Shown here: positions 37,426 to 49,630 of the stretch, in pieces
Numbering within the stretch: the stretch's first letter is position 1
How the letters are laid out: each line of letters begins with the position of its first letter
Origin: Scenedesmus sp. PABB004
Lineage: Eukaryota
NCBI GenBank assembly: GCA_014905635.1
Contig: JABVCE010000023.1
Span: 372,001 to 436,000, forward strand
Direction of reading: 5' to 3'
Length of the DNA: 64,000 bases
Made by a program: the position numbers and the translations under genes
The notes under the pieces: generated by a model
The model's database searches: none
Seen by the model: the letters and a program-made list of their open reading frames with translations, nothing else
What the model was told of the DNA's origin: nothing

Positions 37426-37975
37426 TCACTGGTTGTTGAGCAGCGCGTTCACGATCGACCCCGACGCCGGGTAGTGACCGCTTAGACGCTCGGGGTCCGT
37501 CGCCGCCGCGACCGCGTCGTTCTTGTCGCCCTGGAAGTCGAGCGGCGCGTAGCGCACGGTCTCCTTCAGGCGCTTCTTCACCTGCGAGGCCGGCGGGGGT
37601 GGCGCCTGGAGCGGGGGGCCGCCGCGCAGCAGCACCGGCGCGTGCGGCGCGCAGCAGCCGCCAGGCGCCGCAAGCTGCTGCGCACACCTGGTCTGCCGTC
37701 AGGCCGTGGCCCTGCGCGCCCCCCACGCCGTGCAGCAGCGCGCTCTGGACCTCTGGCTCGATCGCGCGCGGGTGCCGCGGCATCAGCTCGCGCATGGTCG
37801 TGTAGGGCTCGAATCGCCCGGTCTTCGCCTGGCGCTCGTACTCCGCGACCCAGCCCTTGTTCAGGGGGTGAACGAACTCGCTGCGGGCGCCCGGCTCGTC
37901 GCCAGCGCGCCACTGGCAGTCCTCGAGGACGCCCCCGTCGTGCAGCACGACGCGGATTGGCTCGGAGAGGTACAT
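37426..37975 (-). CDS. Two-exon hypothetical protein, about 147 aa
   Basis: Exon 1 is 37975-37688 (MYLSEPIRVVLHDGG...LTADQ). A GT-AG intron follows. Exon 2 is 37581-37426 (VKKRLKETVRYAPLDF...LLNNQ*). Composition is that of an ordinary globular protein. Confidence 0.75.
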
Positions 37976-38167
37976 CGCACCGACGGTGAGGCCTCGTTGG
38001 GTTGGGAGGAGTGCGGCGGGGCGCGGGCGCCTGAGGCGGGGCCCGCTGGGCTTTTGAACGGCGGGGTGTAGCTGCGCGGCGCCCCCTCTCCAGCGCAGCC
38101 CGCGGGCCAGCCATCACCGCAAGCGGCGCCCGCGCCAGGCCGGCCCGCGCGCGTCGGCCTTGGCGCG

Positions 38168-38826
38168 ATGGCGGAGCAGGGCGGCCTGGGGGGCGTGCAG
38201 TGCCTGAGGTGCGGCATGCGGCAGCGACGGCCGCCCGCCCCCGCGCGCAGGGGCCGCGTCGCGGCGCCGCAGCGGGCGGGTGGCTGACCACCATCGGTGC
38301 GGTCGCGCCGGCGCTCCCCTGAGGCCGCGCTCGCCGCCGGCCGCCGCTGCTCGCCGGCGCCCGCTGCGCCCACGCAGGTGCCAGGCGCCCGCGACGCTGC
38401 AGTGCCCCAAGTGCGTCCAGCTGGGCCTGGCTAAGGCGCCCTACTGCTCCCAGGACTGCTTCAAGGTGCGCGGCGGCGGGGCGGCGCTCGCGGGGGCCGC
38501 GGGGCAGCCCCCGCAGCGCGCACCCGCGGCGCGCGGCCAAGCCTGCGCGCGCCCGCGCCCCGCCCGCGCCCCGCCCACGCGCAGCAAGCCTGGGCGGCGC
38601 ACAAGGCGGTGCACAAGGCGGCGGCGGCGAGCGAGGCCTGGCTGTACTGCACGCGCCGCGGCCGCGGGCGCAGCGACGTGATGCCCAGCTTTGCCTGGAC
38701 CGGGCCGCTGCGCCCCGCGCGCATCGGCCCGACGCGCGCGGTGCCGCCGCACATCGCGCGGCCAGACTACGCCGACGACGGCAACCCCACCAGCGAGCTG
38801 GAGAGCAGGCAGCAGCGCTCGGGTGC

Positions 38827-38872
<46 letters not shown>

Positions 38873-40167
38873 GCACGAGTCAGGCCCGCTGACTCGCGCC
38901 GGCCGCCGCCGCGCAGTCGCGATCCGGACGCCCGAGGAGGTGGCGGGCATCCGCGCCGCGTGCCGCGCGGGGCGCGAGGCGCTCGACGCGGCGCACGCGG
39001 CGGTGCGGCCGGGCGTGACGACGGACGAGCTCGACCGCGTGGTGCGGCCCCCGCAGCAGGAGGGGGGGGGGGGGGGGGGCGGGGCGTCAGCCCCGCGGCC
39101 CCGCGCGCGGCGGCCCCTCACGCGGCGGCCCCTCACGCGTCGCCGTCGTCGGCGGCGCCAGGTTCACGAGGCGCTGGTCGAGGCGGGCGCGTACCCGTCG
39201 CCGCTGAACTATTTCAACTTCCCGAAGAGCGTCTGCACGAGCGTGAACGAGGTCATCTGCCACGGCATACCCGACGCCCGCGAGCTGGCCGACGGCGACC
39301 TCGTCAACGTCGACGTCACCGCCTTCCTCGGCGGCTACCACGGGGACCTCAACGAGACGTTCACCGTCGGCCAGGCGCGCCGCCGCCCGCGGCGGGGCGT
39401 GCGGCGGGGCGTGCGCGGCGGCGGCGGCGGCGGCGGCGGGGTGTGCGCGCCCGCGCCGCGCGGCCCGCGCGGCCCACCGGCTGCGCCCGGCGGCGCGGCG
39501 CAGGTGGACGAGGAGGGGCGGCGGCTCATCCGCGTCACGCACGACGCGCTGGGCGCGGCCATCGCCGCGTGCAAGCCGGGCGTGCGCTACCGCGACCTCG
39601 GCGACGTCATCTCGCGCGCGGTCACGGCAGCGGGGTGCGGGCGGCACAGCGCGCGCGCGGGCGCGGCGCGGCTGCCCGGGGCGCTGCCCGGCGCGGCTGC
39701 CCGGGCGGCGCGCTCAGGCGTGGACGCGCCCGCGCGCGCGCCGCGCGGCGCAGCATGTCTGTCGTGAAGACCTACTGCGGCCACGGCATCGGCGACCTCT
39801 TCCACTGCGCGCCCAACATCCCGCACTACGCGCACAACAAGGCCGTGGGCGTGATGAAGGAGGGCCAGGCGCGCGCGCCAGCGGGCCGCGGGGGCGCCGC
39901 GGCCAGCGGGCGCGGCGCGGCGCGCGCCGGCGCGCGCGCCCACGCCGGCCCCCGGGGCGCGCGCAGGTGTTCACGATCGAGCCGATGGTCAACCTGGGCA
40001 CCTGGCGCGACGTGATGTGGCCCGACGGCTGGACGGCGGCCACCGCCGACGGCAAGCGCAGCGCGCAGTTTGAGCACCAGCTGCTCATCACCGCGACCGG
40101 CGCCGAGGTGCTCACCGCGCGCCTGCCCACGAGCCCGCCGCTGTGGTGGGAACGGGAAGACGCGTGA
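38168..40167 (+). CDS. MAP1: Methionine aminopeptidase 1 (cytosolic, N-terminal zinc finger)
   Basis: [55 protein letters not shown] and SAQFEH. Confidence 0.95.
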
Positions 40168-40385
40168 TGGGGCGCCATGCGACGGGCGGTGGCGCCGCGG
40201 CAACCGGGCGGCCGCTGTTGTGCGCGCGCTGAAGCGCGGCCGCCGCCGCGCTCTAGTGCTGCGGGCCCGTCGCCTCGCGCTTCCTCCGCCGCCCGCTCGT
40301 GCGCCAGCGCTTGCGCTCTTGGCCGCCGCTCCAGCGCCTGCGCGGGGGGCGCGCGCGGCCTCACAGGCCATCCCGGGCACGCGGC

Positions 40386-42265
40386 ATGCACGCCGCAAAG
40401 CGCCCCGCGCCGGGGTCGGGCGACAGCGCCGCGGGCTCGGACCAGGGCGCCAAGAAGCGCCGCTCGGCGGAGCCGCCGCCGCAGCAGAGCGGCGCCGCGC
40501 ACTCTCTGGACCTCGCGCTGCTCGCGGTCCAGCACTGCGCCGCGCTCGTGCCGGGGCTGGCGGACGCGGAGCAGCTGGGGCAGGTCGCGAAGGCGGCTGG
40601 CGCGCTGCAGGCGGCCGCGCGCGCGCGACTGGCGGCGCTTGCGCCGGCGCAGCAGCGGCAGCAGCCGGCAGAGCACGCTCGTGCGGGAGGCGCCGGCGCG
40701 CCGCCGGCCCAGCAGCAAACGCAGGAGAAGCTGGAGCAGCAGGCGCAGGCGCAGCAGGCGCAGACGCAGACGGCGGAGCAGCCGATAGACCAGGCGCCGC
40801 AGCAGCGGCGCGAGGCGCAGCGCAGCGGCGGCTCCATGGCGCAGGCGCGCCCGGGCGCCTCGCAGCCGCAGGCGGCGGCGCAACCGCAGCGCAGCGAGCC
40901 GCTGCCGCCGCTGGCGTGGGTCGAGGACCGCCGGCCGCTGCCATACCGCGTGACGCCAGTGGCGCAGCAGCAGCGCGGCGACGCGGCCGCGGCGCTGCCG
41001 GCCGGCGGCGCGCCGCCGGCAGGGCAGCAGCAGGCGCAGGACTCGGGCGAGGCCAAGGCGCAGCGCAAGTCGGAGCGCGCCGAGCGGCGGCAGCAGCGCG
41101 GCGCGGCGGCGGGCGAGCGGGGCGGCGCGGGCGGTGACGAGGGCGAGGCGCGGGCAGAGGCGCCGCAGCAGGCAGACGCGGCGGCGCCGCCGGCGGCGCG
41201 CGTGCGGGGTGAGGGGCCGGAGTACAAGAACGTGGCGACTCGCATCGAGCTGGCGGAGGTGATGACCTCCCTGCTCGGCCGGCGCGTGCGGCCGCCGCTG
41301 CCGCGCGAGCTCTGCCCGCCGAAGCTCTGGTTTCGGCTGCCCGGCGACCCGCCGTCGCCCACCGCCAGCGGCGGCAGCGCCCCAGGCGCGGCGGCGGCGG
41401 CCGCGGTGGCGGCGGCCGCGGTGGCGGCGCCGCCGGCCACGGCGGCGCCGGCGGCCGCGACCACGGCCGCGTCGCCAGCGGCGACGACTGCGGCGACGCC
41501 AGTGCGCGCCGGCGCCGCCGCGGCAGGCGCCGCCCGCGGCAGCAGCCGCGGGCGGGAGGCCAGCGCCCAGCGCAGCAGCGGCCGCAGCAGTGACAGCGGC
41601 AGCAGCGAGAGCGGCAGCAGCAGTGGTAGCGAGAGCGACAGCAGCGACGGCGGCGGCGGCGACGGCAGCGGCAGCGGCAGCGACACGGACAGCGGCGGCG
41701 GGGGCTGCAAGGCGGGCGGCAGCCAGGGCCAGGGCGCGTCCTGCAGCCCGCGCAGCCCCGCGACGCGGGGAGCCGCTGCGGCGGCGGCCGCCGCCGCGGC
41801 GGCCGACCCCTCCGCGCTGCACGAGTGCCAGGTGTGCCGGCGCCTCGTGGCCGCCGGCGGCATGGCCCAGAACAAGCTCACCGCCGCGTGCAAGGTGTGC
41901 CTGCAGGCGGCGGTCTCGGGCGGCACGTCGCGCCTCGCGCGCTGCCCCAAGCGCGGCTGCGGCGCGCTCGACGTGCGCCTGGGCGCGGGCGGCTGGCACA
42001 CGGGGCCGTCGCGTGGGCAGGCGCACTACGTGTCGGTGGACGCCCGCGTCGCGGTGTTCAAGGTGCGGCGGGGCGGCCCGGCGGCGCTGCGCAGCGGGGC
42101 CTCGCGCGCGCTGGGGCGTGGCTGCGGGCGTCACCGGCTCGCCCCCCGCCCCTGCCGCCGTCTGCTCAGGTGCACTACACGCGCCCCAAGCGCCGCGCCA
42201 GGCGCAAGGCCGCGCCCGGCGGCGCCAAGGGCGCCAAGGGCGGCAAGGGCGGCAAGGGTGGCTAG
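40386..42265 (+). CDS. Hypothetical low-complexity protein with a C-terminal Cys cluster and basic tail
   Basis: Long ORF with KKRR and HECQVC..CKVC..CPKRGC. A GT-AG intron at about 42063-42169 joins VFK|VHYTRPKRR. TGTAA at 42395. Confidence 0.6.
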
Positions 42266-42548
42266 GGCAACGCGGCCGCCGACAAGGCTGCGTAGCGGCA
42301 GGCTGGCAGGCAGGCACGCGCAGAGACCCCATCCTGGGGTGGCAGCAGCGGCCGAGGCTCCGCGGGGGGCACGGCGTGAGCCCGCTCGCGCGCGTGTAAC
42401 CGCTGTTGGCAGCGGGCGGTCCGGCGTGCGTCAACTTCAAGTCAGCCCACCACATCCGCGCGCGCGCAGCCGCCCCCTGCCCCCTGCCCCCGCCGGCCGG
42501 GCCTCTCGCGCGCCCAACACCTCACCGCCTGCCCCGGGCGTTGGCACG

Positions 42549-44541
42549 TCACCACTGAGCGCACCGCGCCTGCAGCTGGCGCCACACGTCTGGGGGCGCG
42601 CCGGCGGGCGCCTGCGGGGCGCGGGCGCGGGCGGCGGCGGCGGGCAGGTGGGCGGCGGGGCACAATGCATTTTCGCACGGCTCCGCCGCGCAGCGCGCCG
42701 CCAGCAGGCCCCCGCGCGCGCCCCTGTCACACACCTGGCTGGTCAGAAAGGTGCGGTCGTTATCGTCGTCCAGCCACACCCGCAGAGACGACAGCCGCCT
42801 GAGCGCTGTCAGGTGCAGCGCGCCGGCGGGGGTCAGGTCGTAGCAGCAGCGTTCCATCTCCAGCTCACGCAGGCCGGTCAGGCGGGCGAGCACGGTCACC
42901 GCTTGGGCGTCGTCAACCTTCACGTAGGCGGGCTGGCCATCTAAGCTCCCATGCAGCAGCTGCAGGCGCGTCAGGCGAGTCAGCGCCAGCAGCCCGCGCA
43001 GGCTCAGCGGCTCCGGCGTGTCCAGCGATCCAAAGCCACCGTACTCCACCGCCAGCTCGCGCAGCGCCGGGCAGGCTGCCGCCAGGCCGTCCACGTCGGC
43101 CTGCGCCGCCGCCCGCACGCGGGTACCGCGCACGTCGACATTCTCTGCAGCAAAGCGAATGGCCAGCTGCTCGAGGCGCGAAACATGCAGCCAGCCGGGA
43201 AGAGGTGCGCGCTCACGCCGCAGGGCAGATAGATGCCCTCGAAACTGTTGAAGCCGGGAGTAAGGTTGAGGCTCGTCAGCGCACCGCTCAGCGCGGCCAG
43301 CGGCGCCCACGCGACCGCAGGCAGCTGCTCGTCGCCCAGGCCCCAGATGGTCAACTGCTCGAGCTGCGTGCACGCGCCCACTGCTGCCAGCAGCTCGCCT
43401 CCCGGGGCGCTGAAGTTACATCCGCCCAGGTCCAGGTGCCGCAGGCCCGTGCACGCCGCCAGCGCCGCCGGCGGCAGCTGCAGTCCGTTCAGCTCCAGCC
43501 ACGTGAGGCTGGTCGGCAGCCGCGGCATCTGCACGGAGGCAGCTCCCTCCGGCTGCAGCCGCAGCTCAGCCAGCGCCGCCAGGCCGCTCACGGGCGTCGC
43601 CGCCGCCTCGCCAGTGAGGCTGCACTCGTCCAGGTTCAAGTTCAGGCGCGTGAGCTGCGTCAGGCCGCCGACCGCCGCGGCCAGCGCTGCCATCTCCTCG
43701 CTGTTGGCGGCGTCACCATCCAGCTCCAGCTCCAGCCGCCGCAGGCGCGTCAGTGCGCCCAGCAACTCCACCGCCGGCAGCGGCAGCCCGCACCAATCCA
43801 GCTCCAGGCTGGTCAGCTGGCCCGCCAGCGGCACCAGGCCGGCGCCGCCAGGCGTCTCCAGGTCCACGCCCTTCAGGCGCAGCGCCTCCAGCCGCACCAG
43901 CGCCTCGCAGGGCAGGGCGAGCGAGGGGCACGCCCCCAGTGCGTCCCAGACCCCTTGCACCTCCAGGCGCGCCACCTGCCCGCCGCGGGCGCCCAGCCAC
44001 GCCGCCAGGCTGTCGGCACGGGGCTGCATCGCCTGTTTCACATCGATGCTGGTCGTGGCAGCCGCGGCCGCGTCGCGCCAGTCGCTGCACGCCAGCGCGG
44101 CGCGCAGGCGGTCGGCGAGCGGCACCAGCGCCAGCACGTCCGCCAGCAGCTCGCGCGGCAGGCCGCCCTGCTCGCCGTTGCTGTCGTCCGCCTGCGCGTG
44201 GGCGCAAACGGCACAGGGCGCGACACGGCGTGTGAGTCCGGGCGCGCGGCGGCCGCGGGCGGGGCGGGCGCATTCAGCAGCGCGCGTCGCCGCCGCTGCC
44301 GGGCGCGCGCCGCGCGCCGCGCGGCCACGGCGGGCCGCGGCAGCGCCAGGGAGGGCGCCCGGGACCGCTCCGGCCTCGAATCACGCGCGCCTGGCCCGGT
44401 CCCGCCCCGCCACAGCGCGCCAGCAGCCGCCGCTGCTGCTCGAACGCGCCGAGCGCCCGCCCCGGCTGCCCAGGCCGCCCCGCTCACCGGCAGAGCGCGG
44501 GTCCGGTCGGGCGGCGCCGGGGAGGGGCGGCGACTCGCCGT
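42549..44541 (-). pseudogene. F-box/LRR copy 3 (ATG changed to ACG; 1-bp frameshift near 43180)
   Basis: Intact F-box LPRELLADVLALVPLADRLRAALACSDWR, LRRs and a PPDVWRQL exon. The position homologous to the start reads ACG (44541). MFRASS vs expected FSRLEQ shows the frameshift, which may be an assembly error. Confidence 0.65.
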
Positions 44542-44843
44542 CGTGGCCCGCGCGGGGGCAGCGCAGCGCGGCGGCGCCACGGAGCGTGACGACAGTCGGC
44601 CGCTGCTCGCCGGCGTGCATTTGTGCAGCTGCGAGCGCCTGTTGCTGCTGGTGGCGGCGCAACGGGCGGCGTGCCCTGGGCAGCCGCGAAGAGAGAGAGA
44701 CACGGCGGCGGGTTCGCCGCGTCACGACACGGCGGCGGCGGCGTTCGACGAAGAGCCTGCTCCCCCGGGCCCGCGCGTGCCACACTCGTCCTGCCGTGAC
44801 AAATGCCCTGACGCCGGCGCAGTCCCGCGGCCGCGGGGGCCGC

Positions 44844-46440
44844 ATGGCGGGCCCGGCCGTGCTGCCGGCCTCTCTACCCCTGCTGCCCGGCCATGTCCTG
44901 CTCCCCAGCGCCTTCACCCGGCTCCAGATCTCCCGGAGCGCGGCGCGGAGGTGCGCCGGGCGCGCTGCGGTTCGCCAGCGCACACCGGCCGGCACGCCCC
45001 TCGCCCGCCGCCCACGATCTCCCGCCCCCCGCCTCGTCCGCAGCGTGGCGCTGCTCCAGCACCTCTCACAGGCGCGCGGCACCGACCTGCTGGTCGCGGT
45101 CGTGCCCTCCAAGCTCGCAGAGGTGAAGCTGCTGCCGAGCGGCCTGGCCGGGGCGTCCGGGCGCGCCCCTGCGGCCTGACGGGGGCAGGGGCAGCAGCCC
45201 CGGCCCGCATGCACACGCCGCCGCCGCCGCCGCGCAGGAGGGCGGCGGCGCCGGCGATGCGGCGGCGGAGCATCGCGGGGCGCCGCGGCTCGACCGGCTC
45301 GCGCACGTCGGCACGGCGGCGCGCGTGCTGCAGGTCTCGCGCCTCGTGACGACGGGCGACTGGCTCGTCCTGCTTGAGGGCCTCTGCCGCGTGAGCCTGC
45401 ATGGCCTCGCGGCCGGCCGCCCCGGCGCCGACGAGCCGTACGACGCGGTGCACGTGCAGCAGCTCGAGCCGCTGCGCCCGCGCGGCGGCGGCGGCGCGCC
45501 GGCGCCCGGCGGCGGGGCCGGCGCGCCCGACGACGACGACTCGGTCGCGGGCCTCGGCGCGGCGCTCAAGGCGTCGACGCGGCGCCTGCTCGGCCTGCTG
45601 AGCGCGCAGGCGGGCCTGCCCGCGGCGCGGCGGCTGCTGGAGCTGCTGGACGACGCGCCGCCCGCGCGCGCGGCCGACGTCGTCGCGGCCGCGCTCGCGC
45701 GCAGCAGCGGCGAGCGCCTCGCCGTGCTGCTCGCGCTGGACCACGCCGCGCGCATCCGCCTCGCGCAGCGCCTCGTGACCGACGCGCTGGCAGCGCTCGA
45801 CAGTGCGGGCGCCGGCGGCGCGCGCGGGGGCCGCCCCGCGGCGGCGCCGGCCCGCGCGCAGCTGGGCGGCGCGCTCGCGCGGCGCGGCGCGCGCGGCGCC
45901 GGCGCCAGCGGCGGCGGCAACGGCCTCGGCGCGGGGCCGGAGGAGGAGGAGGAGGAGCCCGACGACGTGGCGCGCCTCCTGGCGCGCATCGCGGCCGCGC
46001 GGCCGCCGCCCGAGGTGCTGCGCGCCGCGGCGCGCGAGGCCAAGCGGCTGCGCGCGGGCGGTGACAGCCAGCCGGGCGCCGCCGGCGCGCGGGCGTACCT
46101 GGAGCTGCTGGCCGACCTGCCCTGGAGTACGCGCGCGTGGCAGCTCGGCAAGGCTGCCGCGCCGCCACCGGGCGGCGAGCCTGCGGCGCCGGGCGGCGGG
46201 TCGGGCCCGCCGGGCCCGCCGCGGCCGCTGCCGCTGGCGGGCGCGCGCGCGCTGCTCGACGCGCAGCACTACGGCCTGCCGGGCGTGAAGGGCCGCATCA
46301 TCGAGCACCTCGCGGTCTCGCGCCTCCGCGGCGGCGGCGCGCGCGCGCCCGTGCTCTGCCTGCTCGGCCCCCCCGGCGTCGGCAAGACCAGCCTCGCGTC
46401 GAGCATCGCCGACGTGCTGCGCGTGCCGTGCGTGCGCATC

Positions 46441-46490
<50 letters not shown>

Positions 46491-47557
46491 GTGAGCGACG
46501 CCGCGCCGCCGCCCCCGCGCCGCCCGACCAGCCGGGCGGCCGGGCGCTGCGCCGGCAGCGCCGCCCCCGCTGCTAGCTGGGGCTCACGCCCGCCCGCCGC
46601 CGCCGCGCGCGCAGGTACGTCGGCGCGCTGCCGGGGCGGCTGATCGGCGCGGTGCGCAAGGCGGGGTGCAGCGACCCGCTGATCCTGCTGGATGAGGTGG
46701 ACAAGATGGGCGCAGACCACAGGCGCGGCACGGGCAGCGCTTTTGGGGGAGGCGCGGGCGCGCGCGGGCCGCAGGACCCGCGGTCTGACCCGGCGCCGCA
46801 CGCCTCCTCCGCCCCTGCCCCGCCGCGGCGGCGCGCGCAGGGGCGACCCCGCGAGCGCGCTGCTGGAGGTGCTGGACGCGGAGCAGAACGGCGCGTTCAC
46901 CGACACCTACCTGGGGCTGCCCTTTGACCTCTCGCGCGCGACCTTTGTCTGCACCGCCAACCGCGCGTCCGGCATCCCGCCGCCCCTGCTGGACCGGCTG
47001 GAGGTCATCCGCCTGCCCGGCTACACGCTGCGGGAGAAGGTGTGGGCGCGCGGGCGCGGGCGGGGCGCAGGCAGGGACCGGGGCGGGGGCGGGACACCAG
47101 GACGCCACCGCGCCACCGCCCGCGCGTGCGTGCGCCGCCCGCCCACCACCGCCCGCCCTCCGCCGCCCGCGCCGCCGCCTGCCGCCCGTTTGTCAGCTGC
47201 ACATCTGCGAGCGCCACCTGCTGCCCAAGCTGCTCGCGGAGCACGGCCTCGCCGGCGCGGGCGTGGAGTTCCCGGCCCCCGCGGTCGCGCGGCTCGTGAC
47301 CGGCTACACGCGCGAGGCGGGCGTGCGCGGGCTCTCGCGCGCGCTCGCCGCGGTGTGCCGCCACGTCGCGCTCGACGCCGTGCTCGCCGCCGAGGCGGCG
47401 GGCGAGGACGAGGCGCGCAGCGCGGCGGCGGCCGAGGCGGGCGAGCCCGACGGCGGCGACGGTGACCCCGACGGCGAGCCCGCGCCGCGGCGCCGCCCCG
47501 CGGACGGCGGCGACGACGCGCCCACGCCCGCGGGCCTCGCGGCGCCACGCGGCGGCA

Positions 47558-47588
<31 letters not shown>

Positions 47589-49022
47589 CGCGCCCACGGC
47601 CGCCGGCCGCTACGGCAGCGGCGATGTGCGCCTCGGCGACGAGGCGGCCGCGGCGGCGTGGCGCGACGCGCTGGCGGCCCAGCTGCGCCAGGCCCGCGCG
47701 CTGGCGCAGCCGGGCGCCGCGGCGGGCTCGCCGGGCGGCTGGGCGCCGCTCCTGCGGTCGCCGGACGAGCTGCCCTGCGCCGTCGTGCCACCCAGCGCGC
47801 CGGCGCTGGGGAGCTCGCCCGGGCTGTCGGTGACGACGTGGGCCCGCGGCGGCGCTGCGGCGCCGCGCGTGCAGCCGCGCCCGCAGGCGCCGCTGCCGCG
47901 CAGCAGCGCGGCCGCCGCGCCGGCGGCGGCGACGGCGCCGGCGGCGGCCCCCCTCGCGGGCCTGTCGGCGCTGTCGGCCGCGCTGCAGCGCGGCCTCGCA
48001 CTCCGCCCGCCGGGCCCGCCCGGCGCGCCCAGCGCGCCGCAGCCGCCCCGCGCGGCGGCGCCGGGCGGTGCCGCGCCGGCGGCGGCGCCGGGCGGCGCGC
48101 AGCAGCTCTACGGCGGCGGGCTGGCGGGGCCGCCGTACCCGCCCGACCTGCTGCGCCGCGGCGGCGCCGCGCGGCTCGTGGTGACGGCGGAGCTGATCGA
48201 GGCGGTGCTGGGGCCGCCCAAGTTTGAGGGCGCGTCCGACGTCGCGGCCGCGGTGTCGGGGCCGGGCGTGGCGGCGGGGCTGGTGTGGACGGAGGCCGGC
48301 GGCGGCGTTCAGTTCATCGAGGCCGCCGCGGTCGGCGGCGGCGCGCCGGGGCGCGCGGGGCGGCTCACGCTGACGGGCCAGGCGGGCGAGGTGCTGCAGG
48401 AGAGCGCGGCGATCGCGCTCAGCTGGATCCGCGCGCACGCGCACCAGCTCGGCCTGCCGGGCGGGCCCGGCGAGACGCAGCCGCGCCCCCGGAGGGCGCA
48501 GGAGCAGGCGGCGGCGGCGGCGCGCAGGAGGAGGGGGGGCCGCCCGCGCCGGGCGGCGCGACGCAGGGCGGCGGCCGCGCGCCGGGCGGCGGCCCCGCCG
48601 CGGCGGCGTGCCCCGCCGCGGCGTGGGACATGCACGTGCACCTCCCCGCAGGCGGCGTGCCCAAGGACGGCCCGAGCGCGGGCGTGACGCTGCTGGTGTC
48701 GCTGCTGAGCCTGCTGAGCGGGCGGCCCGCGCGGCGCGACACCGCGATGACGGGCGAGCTCACGCTCACCGGCCTGGTGCTGCCGGTGGGCGGGCTGCGC
48801 GAGAAGCTGCTCGCCGCGCGCGCCGCGGGCGTGGCGCGCGCGCTCGTCCCCGCGCGCAACATGCGCGACGTCGCGCTCGAGGCGGCCGACGCGCTCGCGC
48901 CGGGCGGCGAGGCCGAGGGCGGCGGGCCGGGGCTGGAGGTCGTGCCGGTGTCGTGCGTGGAGGAGGTCCTGGCGGCGGCGTTTGACCCGCCCTTCCGCCT
49001 CGCGCCGCCCAGCAAGCTGTGA
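44844..49022 (+). CDS. LON2: Peroxisomal Lon protease
   Basis: [15 protein letters not shown], Walker [10 protein letters not shown], Walker [22 protein letters not shown], catalytic PKDGPSAG and GGLREK, and C-terminal PTS1 SKL*. Apparent 1-bp frameshift near 48470. Confidence 0.93.
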
Positions 49023-49630
49023 GCGCCGCGACACCGGGCGCGCGCGCGGGCCGTGGGCGGGCGGGCGCGCGGGGCGACGAGTGTGTGGGCACATGGTTGG
49101 GCGCGCGACCGGGGCTGGGCGGCCCGCCGCGTGGCGTGGCGGTCAGGCAGGTAGCTGCGGGCGTCTCTCTCTCCTCTCTCCGCGTCCCCGTTGTCTTGCT
49201 TTGCGTGCGTTTGCGTGGGGGCGTAGGCGTGCCGAGCGGCTGTGCGTGCGTGCGGCGGGCGGTGCCGCTGCGAGCTCGTGCGTGCAGAGCGTGTGCGGGG
49301 CGCGCCCCGAGTTTTGCCCCCCCCCCCCTCTAGTTTTGCTCATTTCATCGATCCCTGCGTGACGGGCGGGTCTGCGGGTCTGCGGTAAGCTAGCGGCCGG
49401 CGCGAGGGCGCAAGGGTCCGGCGGCGGCGCACGCCGGCGCGCGCGCGTGCGCGCAGCCCCCAGTCCCTCGCCTTTCCCAGTCACGCCCGACCGACGGCGC
49501 CAAGCGCGCGCCTCTCGCCGAGCCCACGCGAGCGACGCACGTGCCGCCGCCGCCGCGCACCGCCGCCGCTGCTGAGTGCGCCGGCTGCGCGGGACCAGGC
49601 CGGGCGGGCGCCCCGGCGGCGCCCACCGCC

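Noticed and set aside
34274..37975. Long ORFs (591-1233 aa) across the satellite
   Set aside because: The repeat lacks stops, so several frames open at once and give the same cycling peptides. The real 37975 gene splices and stops at 37426.
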